Virus record (IMG/VR): IMGVR_UViG_3300045988_173726
Location: 96,001 to 160,000 of that record
Strand: one strand, 5' to 3'
DNA length: 64,000 nt
Origin: a virus
Part shown: piece after piece, positions 54,253 through 63,093 of the stretch
Layout: the number at the start of each line of letters is the position of its first letter
How positions within the stretch are numbered: position 1 is the stretch's first letter
Translations under genes and position numbers: made by a program
The notes under the pieces: generated by a model
Databases searched by the model: none
What the model saw: only the letters and a program-made list of their open reading frames with translations
What the model was told of the DNA's origin: nothing

Positions 54253-57200
54253 ATGAATAGTCTACTGTATAGACTAAAGCTAAAGATATACAGCAAGGTC
54301 AGAAAGTATAGGAGCAAGGTGCTTGCGGGTTTTTTAATCTTTGCTTCTGTATCGAACCTGTGTGTTCCGTTAGCGGCGCAGGGGTTAGAGCTGTCGGGTT
54401 CGATAGGTACGAATGCGGCGCTCGGCTCGCCGTTGTTAAACGATGCGAGTTGGGGTTCAGAGGACTGGAACCCATATGAACTAGTGACTTTCGGAGTTTT
54501 CCTAAGTAACTTCACAGTCCCGATGGTAGATGACTATAAGTCAGCATTTCAGAAGGGATTTGGCGGTTCTGGTGGCAAGGGACAGGAGGCTCTACAGTTT
54601 AGTGTAGAGTCAGATAGCCAAGCAACGGAGATATTAAATCCGATGCTGTCTTACTCTATCAAGATGCAGACGAAATCCTTAAAGGAGATAAAGGTCATTT
54701 ATCATGACTTAAAGCTTGCGGATAAACTTGAGGATAATGTCGGTGGTTTAACGGCAGAGAACACGAAGGATGCAAAGCCCGCAGTTTTAAGCGACCTGTT
54801 TCCAGAGGTCAAGTGGAAGCTTGACGACATATCGAATAAAGAGAAAGGGTATGTAACGGGGGTTGCAGACTATAAGGCGGCAAGCGGGGACGGGACTAAC
54901 ATAACGGTGCAGTATGCGACAGAGTTCCGTTTGCCAGAGTTCTTTATAAGCGCGGCGAACTCAAAGCCAGTAACGGTGCTTAACTACACGGACGGTTACG
55001 ACCCGATGGCGGTTGAAGCGGCGATACTCGGAGCAGAGAGGAAGTCGGAGTATGGAAAGACGGTAGACGCGAACTTAAATAAGGCAAAGGATTCGCCAAT
55101 CTACTTAGATTCATTCGGAAATATCGTTACGAATCTGGATGGTAAGACGGTAGTGGTGTTACCGGCATCTGCGAATCAGCATTTGACAAAGGAGAAGAAG
55201 ATAAATCTTCTAACGAATGTGTTTATGCAGAATAGCTATTTGCAGGCGAGTGACGCTTCGTTAATCGAGGGAGCATATAGCGGTATCAGTCACGGAATCG
55301 GAAGCACGACAAAGTATTATATGGGAACAAACCCGCTTGTCGGGTATAACATGGACGATAGCCGTAATTACTCTACGATTCTCTACACCGACACACAGCA
55401 GTTTATCTTTGACAGTGCATTAAGCAAGATAAAAGAGGGAACAGGAGTCGAGGATGCTCTGTCACAGGCGGTAAACGAGGACGCGGGTAAGAATTTAATT
55501 ACGCTTGCGACAAAGAAACTAACGAAGGAGAACATAAACCTTCCGTTTAGAGTCGGAGTTATAGGCGGTGACGGTGTTTTAGGGTCAGATAACAAGATAA
55601 CGAACGCTAGGCAGTCGTCTGGAGAGGGTATCGGTGCATCGTTTGCGGCTTTGGTCGGAGCGAACAGTAGTAGTGCAGACGACCATGTAATGCTTGGAAA
55701 CTTGGCACTTGCAAACAATCTAATCAACAACTGGTTTCCTGTGAACACGAATACGAAGGTCGCGAACGCGATGATAACGCTTGACGATAAGAAGCAGTTA
55801 ATCTCCGACCAGACTTATTTCGCACAGGCGGGAACAGCGGTTTTGCAGAACTATGTAAACTTTGCAACGGGGTATTTGAACGCAAGTAGCGAGTATAAGA
55901 TAGCGGACAGCAATGTTCCAGACCAGAGCAAGTTTAAGGACAGCATTAACACAGCAGTAAAGCCAGAGGAGCTTTCGGCGGCGCTTTTAACGGACAATGC
56001 GACAAGTTTAGACGCAAATAACCAAGCGAACGGGCTTTATAAGTATTGGGCGGTAAATGAGGGAAAGTCGCGGTTTAGCGATAGGATTAACATAAACGCG
56101 GTGGGCAGTAATGTTTCGCTTCACAGCATAGAGCCTACGATTACGAATCCCGTTTATAAGCTCTTGGGTTACAGAGTTTCTGGAATTTACAACAGCAACT
56201 CGGCTATGAAAACTGCGGCTGGTGTGCTGAATATCAACGAGGGTATGCAGTTTGCGGCATATACGCCATACATATATCTCACATACTTAGATTTTTACGG
56301 AATCATAAACGGCAAAAACAACTTTGATACAGACCTGTTCGGGACGGGAGATGTGATTTCGGTAAAGTCCGAGGATTTGTTTGAGGGGACTATTCTTTCG
56401 GAAGAGGATAAGAAGAAGCAGATAACGAATTACACATACAAGTTCCTAGATATTAAGGGAGGAGCATCATATAGAAAGCAACTAGCAAATAACTTTATAA
56501 CAGAATTGCTCTACGACAACTACAAGAAGATAGTATTTGGCACAGATAGCAGTACGATAAGCAGTTCGATAGCTACCAACAACTCGGAAGGCTTTTTAAG
56601 TGTCAACAGCCTTTCGGATAACATGTTTATAGGCAAGCTGTTTAGCTGGTATCTTAGAAATATCGTAATATTAGCGGGAGTTTTGCTAATTATCTCGTTT
56701 ATAAGCGGGGTAGTGCAGGGTTCTGGAATCGTAGGAATCTTTACATCAGTGGTATCAACACTAGCAATGCTATTGCTAATCCCGACTCTGATAGATGTAG
56801 TCCCGTATATCTGTAATAACACGGTGCAGGGGATGTTTGCTAGGAGCATGAAGTACTGGGCGATTTCAGAGAGTATAGACAATCAGAGTATCGCACAGGA
56901 GTTTAACGGGTCGAAGGCAGGGGATGCGGATGTAAACACATATATTCGAATGCTAAACATAACGCAACTTAACAAGACGATAATGATAAAGAACGACATA
57001 TCAAAGAAGATAGTGCCGAGTACGAAAGACATCGACTACAATAAGTTGCAGAAGTTAAAGACGACACGGTGGCTACTGCCCGCAGTGATGAGACAGCTAA
57101 CGGCAGATGATAAGTCAGCGAACTATGTTTATACGACTCTAAGTGACTTGTATCAGAATTTCAGTAATATGTATTGGTATTACAGGACAAGTTCCGAGGG

Positions 57201-59361
57201 TGGGGATAAGCCGTCTTTGGACATGCAGGCGGTCGGAGACTATAACGCAAAGGTAGCGGCAGATGTAGGAGTCGGAAAGGCGGCGGGAGCGAATGAAGAG
57301 AATGTAATGAGTGAGTCGAAGAAGCAGACGGTATTTGTCGGCTATCGTCCCACTCGTCCTACTGGGGATAAGGAGAAGGAGTTTGATTATCACAGTCTAA
57401 GCAGGGATAGCGCAGAGAGTGAGGACTTGAAGGCGCTTCACACTTCGTTTTATATCATGAACTTCGGGTCAGCGTTTACGGTAGAGAACCCGTTACGACA
57501 TACAGAGAGCGGTGAGCTTGACACAGGGGCTTGGAACGATTACGCGGCGTATATAAAGGGGGAGGCTTCGTCAAACGGTAACACAGGGTTTGCGGATACG
57601 GTAAACAACAAGATATTGCCGATGGTAAGTCAGTATTCTCCGATTAGTACGCCAGTACAGCAGTGTTTCGGGTATTTCTGGATGACAGAGAGTCCCGCGC
57701 ATTACTTCTATGAGGTAACGAAAGACACTTTTGAGAACGGAATGACGGTTGGAGGTCTGATATATCAGCTACAAGGCACATATGCTCCGATAACAGACAA
57801 GTATGATTTAGACAAAGACGGAGATACGAGCGAAGTTTATACGGATATGTCGGGGAAGGAGCAGGGAGACGCGCATCACACATTTATGCGAGACTCTGCA
57901 ACAGGTAAGATAAGAGATTTCCTCGACATGGAGGAGTTGTTCACGAATGTAATCCCGTATATGTATAATGTACAGGTGATGGCAAGCGGGAATGACGATG
58001 GGACAGGCTTTTTAGGGGACGCAGTGCTAGGTTCTGACTACAGTGTTTATGAGAAGAACAAGAAGTATTGGTTGTTCCGTAGTAACTGGGTAAATAAGAT
58101 AGTAGAGGACAGGTCGTATCGGGCGAAGGCGACTATAGGGTATTATGACGAGTCTGGAAACAAGGCTTCTGCGGTAATAAATTCGTCATTAGACCCGTCA
58201 AGTTACGCGAAGTATCGAAAGATGGTATTTAGTGAAGCGCAGATGGAGCAGATGCGTTTAACGGAGCAGGATTTGTCGATAGTCGAGCTTAGAATCCTAG
58301 AGGTAAACAGGAGAGTAGAGAAGGAGTGGACGAGTTTAATCAACTACTCAAGTACTGACAAGTTAAGCGCCGAGGTTTTGTACAGACAAATGGCGATAGA
58401 CGCGCTATTAACCTTTGACAAGGTATTTTCGTCTGGAAACAAGCTAAGTGCGGCGTATCAGCTTTATCCGACAACGCTTGATTTGCGAAATGTATCGTTT
58501 GACAGTGTGTTTAAGCTTCTGGTCATGAGTGCAACGAATGCGCCGCAGACGCTAAACAAAGACACGATGAAGGTCGTGATTGAGAACGGCGATATGTTGT
58601 CAACGATATTGCTTCTGCTGGATGCAGTGCTTGGAGTGGCGCTTGCGCCGATGCTAAGAGACTTAGGAATAGCGGTAGTGACATTATTGTTTATCTACGA
58701 GCTAATAACGGGCTTTATCTTTAAGCGAGGCAACAAGAATCAGTTAATGGCGGGTGCGGCATTCCTGTTTGTGAAGGTAGCGGCTTTGACGGTGGCGTAT
58801 TACGAGGTGTTCAACCTTATGATAACGGTCACTTCGCCAAATCAAGTGTTAAGGCTTGATAGTAACATGGGATGGAGCGGACACGGCACTTGGTTTATTT
58901 TCCTCATGATTTTCCTTGCGTCAGCGGGGTATGTATACGCGCTTGTGAAGTTTATTATTATCTTTGCGGTAACACATCGGTATGACATGGGCTTTGAGGC
59001 AACTATGTTTACGCTTAACTCGATAGCGGGTAAGACGAGAGGGATTCTAAGCAAGGTAACAGGAATTGACCTCGGTGGAAACGCGGCGAGTTCGAGTTCG
59101 ACAGAGAGCGGAAGCGGCACAGATAGTCCTATCAGAGTCGAGGGCGGTGCAAGCGCGGGTAGTAGTGAGCCTACGGTAGTTACGGCAGACGATGACGAGA
59201 GCGATAACAGTAGCGCAGTGGATGACGATAGAGAGCAGAGCGGATATAGTTATTACGAAAACGAGGGTTCTTCGGGGTCGTCCAGTGCGTCCGAGATAGA
59301 CGACATGATAGAGGACGGAGAGGACAAGCAGAAAGAGGACAAAGAGAAAGAGGACGAGTGA
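54253..59361 (+). CDS. Giant polytopic membrane protein (1702 aa) with an acidic C-terminal tail
   Basis: ATG after GAGAGGT. N-terminal signal/TM, a cluster of TMs mid-protein (IVILAGVLLIISFISG..., IFTSVVSTLAMLLLIPTLI) and another near the C-terminus. The tail is E/D/S-rich. Confidence 0.8.
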   Translation: MNSLLYRLKLKIYSKVRKYRSKVLAGFLIFASVSNLCVPLAAQGLELSGSIGTNAALGSPLLNDASWGSEDWNPYELVTFGVFLSNFTVPMVDDYKSAFQKGFGGSGGKGQEALQFSVESDSQATEILNPMLSYSIKMQTKSLKEIKVIYHDLKLADKLEDNVGGLTAENTKDAKPAVLSDLFPEVKWKLDDISNKEKGYVTGVADYKAASGDGTNITVQYATEFRLPEFFISAANSKPVTVLNYTDGYDPMAVEAAILGAERKSEYGKTVDANLNKAKDSPIYLDSFGNIVTNLDGKTVVVLPASANQHLTKEKKINLLTNVFMQNSYLQASDASLIEGAYSGISHGIGSTTKYYMGTNPLVGYNMDDSRNYSTILYTDTQQFIFDSALSKIKEGTGVEDALSQAVNEDAGKNLITLATKKLTKENINLPFRVGVIGGDGVLGSDNKITNARQSSGEGIGASFAALVGANSSSADDHVMLGNLALANNLINNWFPVNTNTKVANAMITLDDKKQLISDQTYFAQAGTAVLQNYVNFATGYLNASSEYKIADSNVPDQSKFKDSINTAVKPEELSAALLTDNATSLDANNQANGLYKYWAVNEGKSRFSDRININAVGSNVSLHSIEPTITNPVYKLLGYRVSGIYNSNSAMKTAAGVLNINEGMQFAAYTPYIYLTYLDFYGIINGKNNFDTDLFGTGDVISVKSEDLFEGTILSEEDKKKQITNYTYKFLDIKGGASYRKQLANNFITELLYDNYKKIVFGTDSSTISSSIATNNSEGFLSVNSLSDNMFIGKLFSWYLRNIVILAGVLLIISFISGVVQGSGIVGIFTSVVSTLAMLLLIPTLIDVVPYICNNTVQGMFARSMKYWAISESIDNQSIAQEFNGSKAGDADVNTYIRMLNITQLNKTIMIKNDISKKIVPSTKDIDYNKLQKLKTTRWLLPAVMRQLTADDKSANYVYTTLSDLYQNFSNMYWYYRTSSEGGDKPSLDMQAVGDYNAKVAADVGVGKAAGANEENVMSESKKQTVFVGYRPTRPTGDKEKEFDYHSLSRDSAESEDLKALHTSFYIMNFGSAFTVENPLRHTESGELDTGAWNDYAAYIKGEASSNGNTGFADTVNNKILPMVSQYSPISTPVQQCFGYFWMTESPAHYFYEVTKDTFENGMTVGGLIYQLQGTYAPITDKYDLDKDGDTSEVYTDMSGKEQGDAHHTFMRDSATGKIRDFLDMEELFTNVIPYMYNVQVMASGNDDGTGFLGDAVLGSDYSVYEKNKKYWLFRSNWVNKIVEDRSYRAKATIGYYDESGNKASAVINSSLDPSSYAKYRKMVFSEAQMEQMRLTEQDLSIVELRILEVNRRVEKEWTSLINYSSTDKLSAEVLYRQMAIDALLTFDKVFSSGNKLSAAYQLYPTTLDLRNVSFDSVFKLLVMSATNAPQTLNKDTMKVVIENGDMLSTILLLLDAVLGVALAPMLRDLGIAVVTLLFIYELITGFIFKRGNKNQLMAGAAFLFVKVAALTVAYYEVFNLMITVTSPNQVLRLDSNMGWSGHGTWFIFLMIFLASAGYVYALVKFIIIFAVTHRYDMGFEATMFTLNSIAGKTRGILSKVTGIDLGGNAASSSSTESGSGTDSPIRVEGGASAGSSEPTVVTADDDESDNSSAVDDDREQSGYSYYENEGSSGSSSASEIDDMIEDGEDKQKEDKEKEDE

Positions 59362-59373
59362 GGGGAGTAGGGA

Positions 59374-59397
59374 ATACGGGAAGGAAGCTTCCCGTAT
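59374..59397 (+). terminator. Stable hairpin after the 1702-aa gene
   Basis: ATACGGGAAG gaag CTTCCCGTAT (10 bp, tetraloop). The T-tract is not immediately adjacent. Confidence 0.45.
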
Positions 59398-59526
59398 ATA
59401 CCTACGATAAAATTTTTGTATTTTGCGCGTCACCAGTTAGATTTTAGCTAAATAGTAACAAGCCTAGCCAAGCGAGTTGCTTGGCTATTGGCTTAAGTAG
59501 GTGTATATGAGTAGGGGAGGGTGCTT

Positions 59527-61050
59527 ATGAACAGCAAGCGACTTAGGATGAACGAGCAGGGGCGCATGTTTATCCCGATGAATGTCGAGGGCGGGGGATA
59601 TGACGAGAATTTCTTTAGCACGCCGAAGTTAATCACAGCGGGATTGCTTGTATTAGTGCTTGTGATATTGATTGCGACACTAGTGAGTCCAGATAACAGA
59701 CTTAGCGTGCTGGGTAAGGTGCTAACGGTATTGCTTTATCTGTTTATCGCATCATTCGTGGTTAGGTATGTGATATTCGAGGAGCGCTACTATTTCAAGA
59801 TGTATAAGAAGATGTTAGCGAATCAGAATCCGACTACTGCGGTGTTTTGGCGTATAGCGGCGATAAGAGATACGGTTAGAGGCGGTATTCTTCGGTATTC
59901 TGACGGAAAGTACGGTGCTATCTTAAAACTTGAGAGAGATTCGATAATCGGAAAGAACTCGGAGTTTAGGGAGAGTCATTTTGACGCATTATCTGATTTC
60001 TATAAAGAGTTAGCATTAAGGAAGCTAGCATTCGTGCAGTTAAACATGATGGAACGGGCTGACAACGATTCACGAATACCCGCGTTAGACACGCTGATAT
60101 TAAACGAGCCGAACGCGAATCTAAAGAAGGTCTTGCAGTTAGAGTTAGGCTACATCAAGAACAGGTCACGGGAGACTTTGTATGAGACAGACTATATCCT
60201 AGTTTATACGACAAAGCTTGAGCGGGTGGACAATTTAATCAGTGACATACAGGCTTGTGCTTCGATTTTACTGGACGGAGCGTATAGCGGGTTCGAGATA
60301 TTAGGTCAGCGAGAGATAATCGACCTTCACAAAGAGATATTCGGAATCGGCTACTTTAACCTAAGCGAAGCGTCTATAAATACCTTTAACGAGGTAGGTG
60401 CTAAGAAGAAAGCGATAACGCTAAAGGCGTTAAAGCTAACGAATGGCAGGACGGTAGAGCTTACGAAGCGGGATACAGACATTATCAACCGTTTATTAAA
60501 GCGGGTAGAGGACGGAGAGGTAGATATATCGGATATATCGGTCTTAAAGGCTCTGGGAGACAACAGGTTTGTATCAACGACAGCGGAGCGCGGAAGTTGG
60601 GGCTTGCACGGTCTTGATATAGACTTAGGAGAAGAGGAAGAGGAGCAAGAGAGCGGTACAGGCGAGGAAGAGCGCGAGGTTTTAGAAAAGCCAGCAGAGA
60701 GTGAGGAAAAAGTGCGAGAAGAAAAGGAGAGGAAGGTAAGTATTGATGAAGAGGTAAAGATAGCGGTCGCGGAGAAGATTCGAGCGAACGCGGCATGGAC
60801 TATGGACAGTGGGAAGAGAGAGGACAGGAGTTTATCAGAGAGGGCGAAAGCGGACAAAGAAACTGGTAAGCCAGTATCCAAGGATAAGCCAGAGGTTAAA
60901 GACACGACTAAGCCTGTGTCTAACGAAAAGGGAGAGGTAAGAGACTCTGGAAAGCCAGTACAGAGCGATAAAACAGAGGAAAATAAGGAGTATGTCGCGA
61001 GTCCCGTATTTAACGAGGATGTAGACTGGGACAAGGAGATAGATTTCTAA
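59527..61050 (+). CDS. Membrane protein (two N-terminal TMs) with a Lys/Glu-rich repeat tail
   Basis: ATG 6 nt after GGGGAGGG (track start is GTG at 59521). C-terminal KPVSKDKPEVKD / KPVSNEKGEVRD / KPVQSDK repeats. Confidence 0.75.
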   Translation: MNSKRLRMNEQGRMFIPMNVEGGGYDENFFSTPKLITAGLLVLVLVILIATLVSPDNRLSVLGKVLTVLLYLFIASFVVRYVIFEERYYFKMYKKMLANQNPTTAVFWRIAAIRDTVRGGILRYSDGKYGAILKLERDSIIGKNSEFRESHFDALSDFYKELALRKLAFVQLNMMERADNDSRIPALDTLILNEPNANLKKVLQLELGYIKNRSRETLYETDYILVYTTKLERVDNLISDIQACASILLDGAYSGFEILGQREIIDLHKEIFGIGYFNLSEASINTFNEVGAKKKAITLKALKLTNGRTVELTKRDTDIINRLLKRVEDGEVDISDISVLKALGDNRFVSTTAERGSWGLHGLDIDLGEEEEEQESGTGEEEREVLEKPAESEEKVREEKERKVSIDEEVKIAVAEKIRANAAWTMDSGKREDRSLSERAKADKETGKPVSKDKPEVKDTTKPVSNEKGEVRDSGKPVQSDKTEENKEYVASPVFNEDVDWDKEIDF

Positions 61051-61060
61051 GGAGGAAAGC

Positions 61061-63085
61061 ATGAATATTTTAATTTGCGCGGGGTATAAGTACGAGAGTT
61101 TAACAAGCTCTCTTACGGCGATGTTTCGTGATGGTTCGGTAAAGGTAAGCGGAGTTCCGCTGTTGTCTGATGTGGACGAGTATATTGCGAGGGGAAGCAC
61201 TTTTGATAGAGCGATTATCACAGAGGAAGCCATCACAGAGGACGGGAACCTTACAGAAATTGACGATATGCTTGTGGTAGTCGAGAAGTTTGCGGAGGAG
61301 ATGTCGGGGATATTTGACGACAAAGAGGCAGTATTTATCCTAAACAGCGAAGAGTTAGCGGATGCAGTGCTTACGCAGTTGTTTATGAGTTCGGAGCGCG
61401 TGCGGGTGGTGCTTAGAAGTCGGATAGACAGTCTAAATATGTCGTATCTTAGGGACTTAACTCTGGTTCGGCTACAGGACTTCAAGACGAATCAGAATCT
61501 AAAGAAGTCTGTCTTTACGCAGGGGGCGGTAAGCAGTAAGGTAGACGAGGATTTAGAGGGAGATAACGAAGAGGAGCTTTCGTTTGAGGATGAAGAGAAG
61601 GGTAATGAAGAGAGCAAGGCAGATTTCAGCGATTTAGATGGTCTGTTTGGGGAAGATGCAGACGATATATCGTTTGATGACGATGAGAAGTTCGACTTTG
61701 GCATTGGTACGGACGAGCCAGAGGAGAAAGAGGGGGAAGTTCCAAGTTTATCGGAAGATGACGAGAAGTCCGAGGAAAATGGAGAGAGTATCGAGGAAAA
61801 GGACGCTCCGAACCCGCTCGGAAACGCGGACGGAATTCAAGATTTTTCGGGTTTGTTTGACACTGATACCGCCTCGGAATTTGACGCGGAAAGTAGCCAA
61901 AATGAGCCGAACCAAGACGAGTTATATACTTCAGAGAAAAATGAAAATTCGGACGGTCAGTTTAGCGCGGGCGCAGAATTATTTGATACTTCGGAAAATT
62001 TTGGTATAGACCAGACACCAAAAACGGCTATACCAGACCCTCAAAATTCGGGGCTTTCCCCGACCCCCCATTCGGGAGAAGTCAGTGTAAACTCTTCGGT
62101 TACAGCTTCTCAAAAGAAGGGTCTTTTGGGAGGGATTTTCGGTGGTAAGGGGAAGGGGTCGGTAGCCGCTCCGAAGGTCGATAAGCCTCGTCCGACTCCG
62201 AAGCCAAAGAGGGGAGAGAGGAACAGTGCGGCGACTATAGAGGAGCTAAAGCGTTTAATCGAGTCGTATAAGTATCGCGGTAAGGTTGTGCTGTTTACGG
62301 GGACAAAGGATAGCGGCACATCAACACTTGTCGCGAATATGGCGAATATCGTGAGTAAGCTCGGCGGGACAGCGCTGGTGGTGGATTTAGCGTATAACGG
62401 ACGGACGCAGGCGTATATGACTGGGGAGGCGTATCGGAATCTGCACAGTGCGGGCGCGGATACGAATGACTTAAGGCTCTGCTTAAATAATAAAAAGGCA
62501 GACATCTTAAACTACGCGGCTACGGTAAGGCAGGGATATAACTTGCTCGGCACGGGTTTAGGTGTAGATTTCGAGAAGCCAAAAGACATCGTTCGGAATA
62601 TCGACAATGTAAAGAGTTTTCTGTATTCTGCGAAAAGCACATACAATCTGGTCTTTATAGACGCACAGTTTAGCGACATTGTAGGCGAGTTTAAGGAGTT
62701 TGAGGACGGGTCGGATATAATTGTCCTAAATACCACTTCTACGACAAAGGCGATGCTAGAGTTTATGCTTTTGATGTGCAACATCGAGGACAGTCAGTTA
62801 AGAGAGAACTTCTTTAGCAACTCAAAGCTCGTGTTTAACAAGGCGACCGACAACAGGTTTTTACTCGGACGGCAGTTTAAGAGCTACTACGAGATATTGA
62901 CAGAGCTTGACGGAATTGTGCAGAATCTAACGACCTATACGGCAGGGTTTAGCGAGATGAATATAGTCGGAGCGATTCCGTATGACGCAAGTAACGACAA
63001 GATGATGTTTACGGACAGGTTAATCTCTGACGGTAAAGAGTACACAGGTCTTTTTGCAGAGATATTATTAAAAATATTAAAGTGA
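61061..63085 (+). CDS. Receiver-like N-domain, long acidic disordered linker and ParA/TadZ-like C-domain (P-loop Lys absent)
   Basis: ATG after AAGGAGGAAA. C-domain VVLFTGTKDSGTSTLVANMANIVSKLGGTALVVDLA, YNLVFIDAQ. Confidence 0.65.
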   Translation: MNILICAGYKYESLTSSLTAMFRDGSVKVSGVPLLSDVDEYIARGSTFDRAIITEEAITEDGNLTEIDDMLVVVEKFAEEMSGIFDDKEAVFILNSEELADAVLTQLFMSSERVRVVLRSRIDSLNMSYLRDLTLVRLQDFKTNQNLKKSVFTQGAVSSKVDEDLEGDNEEELSFEDEEKGNEESKADFSDLDGLFGEDADDISFDDDEKFDFGIGTDEPEEKEGEVPSLSEDDEKSEENGESIEEKDAPNPLGNADGIQDFSGLFDTDTASEFDAESSQNEPNQDELYTSEKNENSDGQFSAGAELFDTSENFGIDQTPKTAIPDPQNSGLSPTPHSGEVSVNSSVTASQKKGLLGGIFGGKGKGSVAAPKVDKPRPTPKPKRGERNSAATIEELKRLIESYKYRGKVVLFTGTKDSGTSTLVANMANIVSKLGGTALVVDLAYNGRTQAYMTGEAYRNLHSAGADTNDLRLCLNNKKADILNYAATVRQGYNLLGTGLGVDFEKPKDIVRNIDNVKSFLYSAKSTYNLVFIDAQFSDIVGEFKEFEDGSDIIVLNTTSTTKAMLEFMLLMCNIEDSQLRENFFSNSKLVFNKATDNRFLLGRQFKSYYEILTELDGIVQNLTTYTAGFSEMNIVGAIPYDASNDKMMFTDRLISDGKEYTGLFAEILLKILK

Positions 63086-63093
63086 GGTTTGCG

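Noticed and set aside
54253-59361. Calling the 1702-aa membrane protein VirB6/TcpH-like
   Set aside because: Only its size and TM-cluster topology are suggestive. No diagnostic motif can be seen by eye and no T4SS ATPases are nearby, so it was kept as a hypothesis in the findings.
60351-61485. Two long minus-strand ORFs (227 aa and 216 aa) opposite 59527..61050 and 61061..63085
   Set aside because: Their Ser/Leu-rich sequences are typical of the antisense of Glu/Lys-rich coding DNA. The plus-strand genes have strong RBSs and recognisable domains.
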